From the NCBI GenBank assembly GCA_965113315.1, contig OZ220363.1: a stretch of 64,000 nt of DNA; one strand, given 5' to 3'. Every line of letters begins with the position of its first letter. Position 1 is the first letter of the stretch. The notes beneath the pieces are model-generated. The model ran no database searches, was not told the origin of the DNA, and saw nothing but the letters and a program-made list of their open reading frames with translations. Both the position numbers and the translations under genes were made by a program. Below are positions 38,801 through 52,500 of the stretch, in pieces. Origin of the DNA: Podarcis vaucheri. Taxonomy: Eukaryota.

Positions 38801-41800
38801 CCTAGCCATGTTTGGATTCAAGCAGGAAAGGGAGGCCTTGTCATCTCTTTTCAAATTTTGCACAAGCCACCTATGAATGCCTTTCTTCTCATCATCTGTG
38901 ACATGGAGGGTGAATTCTCACTGCAGTGCCTGTTCTAAGGAAGGTAAGGCAGGCACAGCCTGCAAGGGAAGTTCCTTCACAGGCACCTTCTCTTCATGTT
39001 TGCAATCTTAAAAAAACAACCCTCTAAGTGATAGACTGAGAACACATTGTGAGCCGCATTCACCCTGCTTAATTTCACACCATTTTATCCCAGTGTACCC
39101 AACAAGACTCTTGGTGGGATGTTTCAAGCTGTTAACCTTACCCTCCGGTCTCCTGCTGTGATGTTCTGAAGAGCCCCAGAGGCTGCCTCCGTGGTGTGCT
39201 TGTTTAGCTCACATCTCTGTAGCAGCCTGTTGTACACTCCTATAATTTGAGGGTTCCACAGCCACTCCATCCCTTTGGGATCCTTAGAGACCTCTGTGAA
39301 AGTCACAATGTCTGAGTTCATGTGGAGCTTGGGAGGGAAAGAGAGAGAATGTTCAATGACCATTCTATGGGGGTCTAGAGAACCGTTTTCTACCATATCA
39401 CCCACTTCATACCTCGCCCAGACCTCAGCTCATGCACTGTTTCCATCATGGCTGTCATCGATTTCTATGGACAAAGCTTCTCATGCCTTAAATCCACTTC
39501 AATTTCTTTTGGGATCTTACTCGCTTCTTAATTGCTTCTCATGTGTTCACTTCACTGTATCATTAATTCCCAGCATTCAATGTGAAAATACTGGGAGGAG
39601 CTTACACCTCCACTGATAACGCTCTGGATCTCCTTGGGGATGTTACCCTCACACCCTGAAAAGCAACTTCTATTCTAGTGCTTAGATCAAGCAACAGGCA
39701 TGATGAGGATCAAGGCAACAACCACTGATCTGAAAGTTCTTCCCACTCATCTCAGAAATTGGGGGTTTCATTGTAGTTACTCAGAACCAAGCAAAATGTC
39801 TTCACATTTTCAGGGATACTTTAACAAACTTACTTCATATTCTGAGGATGGGGGATGAGCGCCAACAATAAAAACACATGTTTGGGCAGAGCCCCGGCAC
39901 AAATTAAGCTATGCAGACTTCAGATGCACAGACCCCTTCATAGGCTCACTTCACCATCTCTTAACATAAGAACAATAACAATTTATTATTTATACCCTGC
40001 CCATCTGACTGGGTTTCCTCAGCCACTCTGAGCAGCTCCCAACCGAATATTAAAAAGACAATGCAGCAATTCCTTACCTTATGCAACATTTGCTGCCAGG
40101 CCCTTCTTTCTATCCCCCATAATAACACCATTTGCCCTCTCACCTCTCGAGCTCTCCTGCCCTGTGGGCTGAAGCATCCAACCAGCTCGCTAGTCATGTT
40201 TGGCCCCTCGCCCCTCCTTTGGCCTTCCAGTCTCTGGAGTGCAGAAGGAGGCATCTCATCATAGAGACGGTAGGAGAGGTTGCGCAGTACACAGACAGCA
40301 TTCTCTACACTCTGTAGGGACAACAAAAGCGGGGGGTGCTTTTAAACGAACCATTTACAGGAAATTTTCCAATGCAAAGTATTTCTTTTTCTTTCTTTTG
40401 GCAAGCCCTTAAGGAATTATGTTTTTAAGTGGTTGCTGTGGATTGTATTATAAGATGCTGTTCTGTGTAGATTTCAGTATTTTATGTATTTTTGTTTGTG
40501 TTTGATTCTTCTCGTCAGCTGCCTCAGGCAAATATTTGGAGAAGCCCCAAATGTAAAATATTATGCATACACACACACATAATTTATATTTTGCCTTTCC
40601 AGTTTTTTACTGGAAGCAACTTATAAGAAGACTCCTCCCTGGCTTTGGAGTCAGGATAAGGGATATGGGCTACATCTGTGCTTGGAGACATCTGCACTCC
40701 ACTTCTGCCAAGAATGAGAAAGGCTAGGAATGGAGATTCCCAGGCAGCTCTGACCCAAGGAGCAACCAAGCATATTTGATTGTATTGAACCAGTGCAGCC
40801 CAGGCACAGAAAAATGCATTATTTCACAGTCTACAGAAAACTTAGATTATTTTACTTAGTTGTCTAGAAACAGTCAAATTCAAGTCTTTTTAAACTCACA
40901 AATCACATTTTAGCTGACTTGTTTGCTGCAGATACCCTGAATTTTAATGGAATAATTCAATATACTCTTATCTGACCACTTACAAGCTAATACGACTTTT
41001 ATTCTTTCTTGTATTTTATGTTGCCCTTCCTCCAAGGTGCTCATTATAGCATACATGGTCTTCTGTGATGTAGGTTAGCCAAGTATCAGTGCTTGGCTGA
41101 AGATCATCCTGCGAGTTTCATTGCTAAGGGCAGATCTGAACCAAGGACATTCGAGCCCTAGTCTGATGCTCTGTTCACTACACTACATGAATAAGGGTTG
41201 CTTTACACTTTCCATTTTTGGGTGTACACCAAAAATTCCATATGTATGTCTAAACTGAAAAGTGTAAAAAACACATTTAACACAGACACACACACACGCC
41301 TTGTGATTGGCTGTAGCACCAATCTGAGTGTACACTTGTTGGCAGACCTTGCTTTGTCTACGTGTAATGTGTGAAGTGGCTTGCCGTGTCTTTGGACAGC
41401 TTCCCAAAGCCTGTCTGAAAAGCTCATGTCAGGAAAAGTAACAAAGGAAGTTTTGACTTATGGCAAGGGTGGAGAACCTTGGGTCCTCCAGAAGTTGCTG
41501 AACTACAACTCCCACCAGCCCTAGCAAGCAAGGCCAGCGGGCCAGTGATGATGACAGCTGTTATACAGTAATATATGGGGGGAGGGGGCAAAGGTTCTCC
41601 CCACCGACTTAGGGGGAGGTCTCCTACTTGAGGCAGACTATCAACCTACTCTTGGCTCTCTCAGAGAAAACATGCATGAGGCAGTCATACCAGAGAATAA
41701 TACTCTGAAAGCCAGCAGCATCCTTAGATAATTGATGTATGTTTTGCCCTTCCTGTATTATGATTAAGATGGCTTAAGAAACAGATGCCTTCTGCATGCT

Positions 41801-44800
41801 CTCTTTAAAAACAGAGTAATTTCCAAAACAGAATTACTCTTGACTAGAACATGAGCCGGGATCTAGAAGTCTGCTGCTTCTCTGCCATCACCTGACAAGA
41901 ACAGATCTGGTGGATGTAAGGAACAAAAGCATCGCCCAGCTTGGTACAGAAGAATGAAACTACAACCTCGGCTTAAGAAGATGGCCCTCAATGATTTAGG
42001 GAGAAATCATTCCACATCACAATTGTTTACATGTACAAGAATAACCACAGAGAACTTGGCCTTGGAATAAAGATCTCTTGGCCTTGTGTAGATAATGGTT
42101 CAGCCACAGCCGCAGCACATTACAAGGCAACCAGCTAACAAGGGGAGGACTCACCTTGTCCTCTGACTTCCCTACTTCTAGTGAGCTATTAATGTAATTG
42201 ACCATGGAGTCTACCAGCCCATGGCATTCACGCATTTTCTGACGAGTTTGCTGGCTGGCAGAGCTAAGATTCCTAGAAGGGAAACACAAAAGCATGTCAT
42301 CACAAGGAATAATATTCCTGTCACCTGAGACCTGCCATCACATCTTAAAAGGTCAAACTAATTAATATACTAAATACAGAAAGGAGGAGATTCTGCCAGG
42401 TACATATCAGAGGGAAGCAGCATCTCTCGGGTAAATTATTCTGCTTGACCTGGCAGCTGCATATATATAAGGCAGAGAAAGAACATGATCTTGACAATGG
42501 AACCCCAAAAGTAGACTACAGACCTAACCCTACTTACCTGAGAGCAAGGCCTGTTGAATTCAATAGAAATTGTCTCTGAGTAAACATAGTTAGGACTGCA
42601 CTTTGAGTCTCACTGTCAGGGGCAGCCAAATGAGATCCATGCAAAGAGAAATGGGCAGGGCTGCACTGTCAGTCAAACTGGCCCATTTTACAATCCACGA
42701 CAGAGCCCCATAAGCTATTCATAGACACCGCTAATAAGTGTGACGTTCTTGGCTTTAAAAATCAAAAGTGCCGTTTCATTGTGTGCATTGTTTAACAGTT
42801 AAACATTGCTTAACTGAAGTGCATTGTTTAACAGTCCCCTCCCAACCCCTTGCTTCTGTCCTGGATGGTGCACCAATTGATTGTTCATGCCATCTTAGTC
42901 AGCAGCAATGTACTAAGAGAAGGGCAGAGTGCGAATGGCAACATTGGTGCCAGCTATGGACCACTTTGACCTGCCATGGAAGCTTTTACAGTGTAAAAGC
43001 AGTGCTGCGTCTGTTTCTTTAATATTGCTTCACCAAGGATATTGAAATATTGCCACATCATGCATAGCTTTCCCAAGTTGGTCTTATAAGGATCCAACAG
43101 CCATGGAATATGTCTTTCCTTTAGTAAGGAGAAATACCTGAGGAAGCCAGTTGCATTGTAGAAGATTTCTGCCTCTGAGGCATTTTGCTGGATAAGAGCA
43201 GCATTGCCTGTCCCAGACAGGGGAATCAAGACCAGGTCTGTGAGCTTCTCCAGGGTGTCACGGGCCAGGCGGTCCTTGAGGTTATCGCTGGAAGACAGAT
43301 TCCAGAGGATTCCTGCAGAGCAATGAGACAAGCATGTGTAAGGAAACTTCACTACAGAAACCACTGCTCCACAAGATGGGGAAACTCACAGCTTCCTGAG
43401 GAACTAAGCAGGAAGTAGTGTGGTTTTTTTCATGCCTAGGTGGCTCCCATGTCCTATTAAATCATCATCACTGTGCAAAATGCTTCACAGTCTTTACACA
43501 CTTGTCGTCAGGATAAACCTGCATGTTAGGCCACTCATACTTTAGATTCACAGATAAGCAACTGAGGCCCAGTTTACAGGAACATTTCCTGACGTGTGCC
43601 AGCAAAACAGCAGGTTGCAGAGATCAGTCCTATGAAGGCCCTGACATCCCTTGACTTGGCCTGCTATTTCCTAGGACAACCCAGACCTAAAAGGTGTTTC
43701 AAAGCATTCCCACAAATACAGTGGTACCTTGGCTTAAGTACTTAATTGGTTCCGGAGGTCTGTTCTTAACCTGAAATTGTTCTTAATCTGAAGCACCACT
43801 TTAGCTAATGGGGCCTCCTGCTGCCGCTGTGCCACCGGAGCACAATTTCTGTTCTCATCCTGAAGCAAAGTTCTTAACCTGAAGCACTATTTCTGGGGTA
43901 GTGGAGTATGTAACCTGAAGCGTATGTAACCTGAAGCATATGTAACCCGAGGTACCACTGTACTTGTCAAGTGGAAACATGGCAATCTGCCACAGTGGCT
44001 TCCCCTGGCACAGGGCAACTTTCTCAAGGTCACCCAGCACACCTATTCTCTGAACAGGGCTGTGAAACAAGGTACCTCAAGCCCCAGGCCCTTATTTTCT
44101 TCAGTTCTTCATAAAGGGAAGAACTGTAGCTCAGTGACAGAGCATCTGCTTTGCATGCAGAAAGGTCCCAGGGTTCAGTCCCCAGCATCTCCAGGTAGGG
44201 CTGGAAATCTCCCCCATATGAAACCCTTGGGAGCTGCTGCCAGTCAGTGAAGACAACACTGAGCTATACAGACCAGTGTTCTGACTTGATATAAGGCAGC
44301 TTGCTAGATGTTCCTTTCCTATGAATAGCACATGGCTTGCTATCTGCTGAATGGTTTTACTGGAACTCATCATACTTCATTTGATTTGGGGTTCTATGTA
44401 CAGTGGTACCTCAGGTTACATACACTTCAGGTTACATACGCTTCAGGTTACATACTCCACTAACCCAGAAATAGTACTTTGCTTTAGGATGCGAACAGAA
44501 ATCATGCTTCGGCGGCGCGGCAGCAGCAGGAGGCCCCATGAGCTAAAGTGGTACCTCAGGTTAACAACAATTTCAGGTTAAGAACGGACCTCCGGAACGA
44601 ATTAAGTACTTAACCCGAGGTACCACTGTATAGGGTGTTTCCTTGAAGTTGGTCATGACATCTCCAAACAGCTATCCCTTTAAACATTAAGAGTAGCTAG
44701 GAAGCAGCCTCCCACACTATGCTATTTAAAGTACAGTTGAAGTGAATTGGAAAATCAATGTAAAAAAGCAAATATCAATCAACCATGTTCAAAACCTTCT

Positions 44801-47800
44801 TATAAACCCTGCAAAGCAATTAACCAGTTCCAAAGGGATAAAATAACAAAGCACTGAAAATCCAAGTATCTGCTCTGCAAATTTTGCAAGAAGCAATTTC
44901 AAAAGAATAGCTATATTTGCCACTCAGTTGTATGCTTTTGTTCAATGGGCAAGGTGGCCTCAGGATTCCAATATACAAACACAAAACTCTTTGGACTGAT
45001 ATCCTGGAATAAGTAAGAAGACGTTACTTTCCTATTTATCAAATGAAACTAAGAAAATTTTCTATCTACATTAGTATTGTGAAAATGATGTACCACATGA
45101 TGCTGTGGTTGTTTAAATATATAAAATGATGGGTGGGTTGTTGTTTTTTTTAAAAGAGTAGATCTATTTGCTCCAGCACATTTTCAAAGCTCAAATCCAC
45201 AACTACAGAAATTTCAAAATGAACAAAAATGCACCGTTCAAAAAGGGGGACATATTCTGATCTCCTTGTGGTGGCAGCACTTCCTTCTATTCATATGGTT
45301 TCCAAGGGTATACCTAATTATTTTGGAACGGGTGCTTGAAGTGTTGATTCCTTGTGGCAAATGGATCATTTGAAGGTTCCATCCCAGTACAAATATTAAC
45401 ATGTGTGTGTGTGTGTAAGATAACTGCTAATTTCAGTGGGGCCACCATAGATGAAAATATTAGAATGTTGAACTGTTATCTCTGTTATCTGCTAACCACG
45501 CAAATCAGCCTGAGTGACAGGATGAGACCAAACAGCAGCCCCAGCAACTCCTCCAAGAAATGACAGCAAGAGAAAGATGCAGACAGACGCCATGTAGAAA
45601 CTTGTATGGATCCAAGCCCTGTAAGACTGTCAACATTACTGGGATGCTTTACTACAAAGACAAGAATGGTTGAGTCACACGAACTTGTTGGAGCAAGACA
45701 GCCCTGCAGGCTCTGCCATGTGTCAATCGTGTTCTTCCAGGAACTCATCTAACCTCTTCCCTGTTGCAGTTCCTCAAACCTGAGATCTTTCCTGCAGTAC
45801 TGACAGGATAATGTTTCACTTGCTCAGCTTTGTCCAGACCAGCTTGCTCTTTTTTCTTTACCTCTACTGGGACGCTCTACATCAACAAACAGACCAGATC
45901 CTCAGCCAGGGCCAGCGCCATCTTTTGGAGGGGAGTGCTGGGCCATCTGCCCTCAGTGCCCCCCAGCACAAACCAGCCCCCCAATACCCACCATCACTTA
46001 GTTCCTTGGGCTGCAACCACTGGGCTCCCTCTTCCCCTAGCTCTGACATGGGCTCATCAGCCACTGCTCCGATTGGGTAAGCTGAATGGCAAATGCAACC
46101 ATGAGCTCCCCCCTTGAATTCACAGGTGAGTAGGGTTACTCTATGCCAACACTGGCAGGAGGACTGTAAAGGGCTGAATCAGAGCAGCCACCAGGCTCCC
46201 AGCACATTAAGGTGCTGCTGAGATAAGGGGCAGGGCAAGAAAAGTGTCAGTGCTGGTGTGCATGGACCCCTGGTTCCACTATGTTAGTAGGATCAACAGA
46301 TATTCTGGATACAATTTTCAAGGAAGCAGAACACACACACACACATATTAAAATATGCCCCAGAGAAAAAAAATGCATAGTCATTTTGAGAAACAGAGTA
46401 ACACAATAGGCAATGGGGAGAAATCAAAATTTTACTGGGGAAGCTCTATTTAATGGAGAAACGAGATAAATCAGGATAAGAGAGAGCTTGGTTCTCACAG
46501 AGTTTGCATTGCTGTGGAAGCAGAGTAGGAATGAGAGTTCAGCCCACAAGAGTGCTTCCAAGAGCCAATATTCATTCACACATGAAACAAAGCTAACTGT
46601 GTACACCTCATGTTGGGATTGGATGGGGAGCACTAAGGCATAAACCAGGGGAAAAGATGTTGCAGTTCTGGAGGAAGAAATCTGTATACAGATTTTAGTA
46701 TGAAAGGGCTAGGTAAGTAACTGGGTGAGAGAAGATAAAGAAGATGAGGGAGGAAATTCCCATAAAAGAGTGAGTGGCAGGCATGATAAAAGGAGTGTTT
46801 TAACCTGCTTCAGGAGAAAACTAAAGGCATGGTGCAGATTTGGATGGGATTTATCCAGACTGAGATTGTGCACTGGTGATGATGAAGGATTTGGATTATA
46901 GGGAAGGGAACTATTACATAAAAGCTAGCAAAGTGGACAAGTTTGTCTGATTTAGAAAGTGAGCCTTGCACAGCACAGCAATTCACCCTGTCCGACTGGG
47001 ACAAGTGGAACAACAAATCAATAAATGCATCAGTGCTATGTTTGCTTTAAATGTTTTCAGATTACTGATTTGCCTATGACATGTCTCAGTAGGATACCCT
47101 GTATACAGGAAAGGTAAGGAAACATGCCCACAAAACATATTATAAATTTTGTCATGTGGGTTGCAAAAAGTGGGAGATCAGCATGTGTGCGCACACACAC
47201 ACACACACAGCTACAGGCAGGCAAGAATGCAGTTGTCTTGTCTCCTCCCCACCCCCAATCCATATATACCAGCAGCAAAAGGCTAATCTCATGCACAGAA
47301 CGAGGTATGCCCTGGGCTGTGATATCTGGGGATTACTCTTTCCATCCTCTGATTGTATTCAGCTAAAGCCACTTTCACAGACTCCACCATGCTTGTAATA
47401 AGCGTTAAAGCTCATTGCATCATAGCTCCTAGACCTAACTTTCCCATTAGCCTGGTATTAGATTAGACAATCAGAGCCTGTTGGGCAGGATTAGGAAGGC
47501 CCTTTTGTAAGAGAAGCAAATGTAATCTCTCCTGTTGGCTGGACCTCTATATTCAGTGCCCTTGCTCTCTCCCAGCGCAAAAGACAGTTGCAGACAGGCT
47601 GGAGTTAGGTCCCAACCCACACCCTGGCCCTCCCTACCACCTATATTTATCACCTTCCTTTGCACACCATGACATACAGAGCAACTAGAGTGCTTAATCT
47701 GAGGATTTGGAACTCCCTCCCCCAGCCCACGAAGCGCTCTGGATTCTGCCAGGTTTTATGTTTTCCTCTATGAGGATTTGCTGGTGCTTATCCCAGTTCT

Positions 47801-49524
47801 CTTTGTGAATGGGCACGGGTGCCAATATGAGCTCAGAGAGTATTTCAATAAACTGGGAGTTGCTAGTGTCCTGCTGATTTCTTCTGTTCACAGATTAGTG
47901 TGCCTTCAAGCTTTTTGTGAATTGAGAAATGAGACACCTGGAAAATTTGAGCTGAGTTGCAGGGGGTGGGGGTGGGGGGAGGAGAGTGGCTAGTTCTGAA
48001 GGGGACCTGGGACAAAAGGGAGGGGAGCAGCATAGAGAAAAAAGCTCTGGATGCGAATGTATCGTGTGCAGTGCAAAAGATGATGCAGGTGCAGGCAAGG
48101 TGATTCATGGGCCAAATGCAATTAAGGTGCATGGAAAAAGACCAAAGTTGTTCTTCATATACAAATTCAAATACATGCAGGTGTGGGCTAATCTAGTCTT
48201 ATTTGAAGGCGGGGTGGGGTGTGGATTTATTAACAGCAAAATACTGCTCAAATGTAGGCAAGCCCTTACTTTGCATGCAGAAGGTCCCAGGTTCAATTCC
48301 TGGCACCTCCAGGAGAGCTGGAAATTTTGTATTGTATTGTATTGTATTGTATTGTCTCAGGGCAGTTCACAGTATTTCCATGTTCTTGCAGTTTTTGGCC
48401 CTGGTTCATAGTCAGTTGCATGTGTTAGTAATGCCGACCTTTTTGGACACAGGAGTTAAGAGCCCGGTTCTATAGTCCACTTGCTTGGGGATGCCACCAA
48501 AAATAGTTTCCCCAAGACATGTTGTCTCCCTCCTGCTGGAATATCTGACCACTACCACAAGGATCAGGGCCATCATGTTTCTGCTCTCCTAACAGTGGTA
48601 GCCAAACCCATGGAGTACAGGCAGGCAGAATCCAAGCTGCAGCAAGCACTCCTAGGAGTGACGGTAGGGCAGGGGCTACTCATGGGGAGACTGTTTGGGG
48701 CAGCAGCTCTGTGGCAAATATAATGCGCAGCTCTAAGCACTGGAGAGCTTGCCTCATCATAACTTGCCCGATGCAAACTTCTCTCACCTGTGACATTCTT
48801 GCGCAACTCATCATCTTGCTCGCATAAAGTGCGCATCAGCTCATAGATCCCGTTTTCTTCCACCAGGGCCAGCTTGTTTTCAGCATTGTCATAGATGAGG
48901 TTGCGCATGGCTCCAGTGGCATGGCGCTGCACCTCATGGTTGGAGTTGTTGAAGAGCTTCACTAGTTTGGGCACGGCTTGGAGGCTGCGAGCCTGTTGAG
49001 GCAGAGAGACAGGGGCAGAAAGAGTAGTACACTTGTCAGAGACAAACAAGAAAGCAGGTCTCTGCGTGGAACTTTTCAGTATGCCATGCCACCTAAGGCT
49101 GCCTGCTCTGTTCTCATTCCAGATAACTTACTCATCCCCACAGGCAGGAGCCCAATGCATCAGAATGAGTGCTGTTGCAGGCTTTTCAATGAGATGTATC
49201 AGTGACTAAACCTGCAGTCCACATTGGTCCCCCTGGGAAACAAGCTCAGGCCCTTGGCATGGCACGTTCCCAGTATCACCTTGGGATATGCCTCTGCTGC
49301 CTCACCTGTTTCTTGGCATCATTGTCGCTATAGCATTTGTGCTGGATGTAGGCAGCTCCAAGCACCTGTAGGTTGGGGTCACTGGCCATCAGGTATTTCA
49401 CCGCAGAAGGGAGATCAATGTCATCAAACCTGAAAACCAAGGCCTAGTTAGAGGGGATAGTGTGCATTTTCCCATCTTCACCTCATTCACATAGAGCTCT
49501 AATAAATGTCCCCTGAATACTGTG

Positions 49525-49575
<51 letters not shown>

Positions 49576-52500
49576 GGTTTTGGTGTCTTCGGGTGTCTTC
49601 CCGTGTAAGAGTCGGGGTGTCTGTGCGACGTTTCGACGAGGTCTCACTCGTCATCTTCAGGCTGGTGCTTTCGGCTTCTTGTTACTGGAACAGAGCAGAA
49701 TCTGGTGTTTGAGTTCCTATAAATACTGTTGAGGGGTGTGGTGTATAGCCTCCAACGTTCTGGGCAGAGAGGAAGTTCCTAGATTAGTGTGCCTTTTCTT
49801 CTTTTGTTCCTTAATTACTTGAGGGATATCTTGAGTGATTTCATGAGTGATATTCTGAATACCACTGGGTGGGTCATTAAGTGTAGATTAGTTGCTAAAG
49901 CTTTCGTGTCTTGACCTCTTGAGCTTGTGAAGAGTTTTTCTGAGAAGATGGCTGTGCTGCATTTAGTTGTGCTCTGGCTTGGCTTCGTGTATAGGGGCGA
50001 GCTGTAATTTTGTGCCTTGTGCCAGCCAGATCTGTGTAGGGATTGCAGGGGGGTGCAGCATCCGGAGGTGCCACTATAGTTTGGCTACTGGATGGAGTCT
50101 GTAGTATGTCTGTGGAGAGGGTCTGGGTTTGGGTCTCCACAGACATACTACAGACTCCATCCAGTAGCCAAACTATAGTGGCACCTCCGGATGCTGCACC
50201 CCCCTGCAATCCCTACACAGATCTGGCTGGCACAAGGCACAAAATTACAGCTCGCCCCTATACACGAAGCCAAGCCAGAGCACAACTAAATGCAGCACAG
50301 CCATCTTCTCAGAAAAACTCTTCACAAGCTCAAGAGGTCAAGACACGAAAGCTTTAGCAACTAATCTACACTTAATGACCCACCCAGTGGTATTCAGAAT
50401 ATCACTCATGAAATCACTCAAGATATCCCTCAAGTAATTAAGGAACAAAAGAAGAAAAGGCACACTAATCTAGGAACTTCCTCTCTGCCCAGAACGTTGG
50501 AGGCTATACACCACACCCCTCAACAGTATTTATAGGAACTCAAACACCAGATTCTGCTCTGTTCCAGTAACAAGAAGCCGAAAGCACCAGCCTGAAGATG
50601 ACGAGTGAGACCTCGTCGAAACGTCGCACAGACACCCCGACTCTTACACGGGAAGACACCCGAAGACACCAAAACCTGCATTCCTGTACCCGTGAAAATC
50701 TACGAAAGCATATATATATATATATATATATATATCTATATCTATATCTATATCTATATCTATATCTATATCTATATCTATATATATCTCCAAATGTATA
50801 TTAAGCAAATCTTAATATCTTTATTTTATCATGTTTGCAGATTGGAGGTATACAAAGGGTTTTTCTTTTCTTTTCTTTTTTGCAAAACCAAAAGTATTTT
50901 GTAAAAAAGAGGGAGGGATAGAGGGGTTTGGAATTGAGAATTAGATGGCAAAGGAGAAGACTGCAAACAGGCATGAAGGACAGGAGGGTCCAGCACAGCA
51001 GAAAAGCACACTGAGTAACAACTGCAACCTTTGGTCAGGCTTACTCTGTTTTCTGAACCCTTACTATTTGGTTCTCGCAGTTCTGTGCCTTTCTTCCTAA
51101 CTGCAATGGCTAGAAGCATGCTTTGTTCTTCAAAATTATGAGACTGGAGAGTCTCAGAATGAAAGACACAGAATGGATTCCAGGTTCTGTGCTTCCACAA
51201 TGGATATGCTGAAAACAGAAAGCTAAGTATAGTTCCACCCCACACCCACCAAGGGAATTACAGAATGGGTTTCTGGGTTTTTTCCCCCTGTTGTTATTCT
51301 GTCTCTCACAGCTACAAAAAACCTACCATTAAAATTATGGACTGGTCAGAGGGCAAACAGGCAAACTTAGCAGGGGATCAAATACTTCCCCCCCCCTCAC
51401 TGTAAGTCAACACCCTACTAGCCATAAACAAGTGGATTGACAGAGGCTGTCACATCGCCTTGGCAAGGGGTAGGCAACCTAAGGACGGATGCGTCTCAAT
51501 CGCCTTCTCAATCTGGCCCGTGGACAGTCCGGAAATCAGCATGTTTTTACATGAGTAGAATGTGTGCTTTTATTTAAAATGCATCTTTGGGTTATTTGTG
51601 GGACCTGCCTGGTGTTTTTACATGAGTAGAATGTGTGCTTTTATTTAAAACGCATCTTTGGGTTATTTGTGGGGCCTGCCTGGTGTTTTTACATGAGTAG
51701 AATGTGTGCTTTTATTTAAAATGCATCTCTGGGTTATTTGTGGGGCATAGGAATTTGTTCAATTTTTTTTTTCAAAATATAGTCTGGCCCACCACATGGT
51801 CTGAGGGACGGTGGACTGGCCCACGACTGAAAAAGGTTGCTGACCCCTGGCCTTGGCTTTGGCTTCAGGATGTTACATTCAAAGCACCCTAACATGAAGT
51901 TTCGGAATTATGGGGGAAAGAAGAGTAGAAGTCCTATCATCTTCTTTGAAGCACCATCAGTTGTACTTTGCTGCTAGAGTAAAGGCATACTTCCAGAGAG
52001 GGACAACATTCATATGACTCACTGAGCAGCATTAAACAAGTGATGATCAAGTACTTCAATTAAAAAAAATATCACCAAGGGAGGAAGAACACTATGCTCT
52101 GTGTCCCTGATTTTTCCTCTTTTTTTAAACCACCTCCGCTGGGAACAGAGTGCCCCACACCCTGCAAGTAAACCGCAGGACACTCACCCTCCAGAGAAGG
52201 ACTGCTGAGACATCAGTGTGTTTTGACCGTCGTACATGTCAATGGCACGCAGGTCTTGCAAATGGTGGTTGGAGTCAGCCAAGCTGCGCACAGAGGGCGC
52301 ACGGGAACTGCGTTCCATCATTCCTGCATAGGAGTTCCCGGCCTGAGAAGCCTGGACTGTGCCATAGGTGCCAGTGCTAAGGCGGGAGCGGTTGTTGCTC
52401 TGGAAGCGCTGCAAGGTGCGCATGGCCGGCGCACGGATGACAGGCCTGTTCTGCGGTGCCTCCACACCATCCATCCAGTCGATGGGCCCCTTCATGCCTG

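Larger units (their letters stand above)
49571..50709. mobile_element. Penelope-like retroelement remnant: two inverted pseudo-LTR/3'-end copies forming a palindrome (arms 49571-50118 and 50134-50681, 15-nt spacer)
   Basis: The arms are exact reverse complements in every stretch compared. Each ends in a CTGAAGA..GAAACGTC hammerhead-type motif. The right copy has a ~28-nt extra tail. (TA)n flanks both sides. Confidence 0.85.

Noticed and set aside
44116-44190. tRNA-like sequence
   Set aside because: It is the head of a SINE and is followed by a SINE body; no intact cloverleaf.
49895-50357. Twin 104-aa ORFs on opposite strands
   Set aside because: A by-product of the palindrome; at most the C-terminal remnant of a Penelope ORF, not a host gene.
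51540-51745. Short repeated units that superficially resemble a CRISPR array
   Set aside because: Tandem repeats without unique spacers, inside a hAT MITE in a vertebrate genome.
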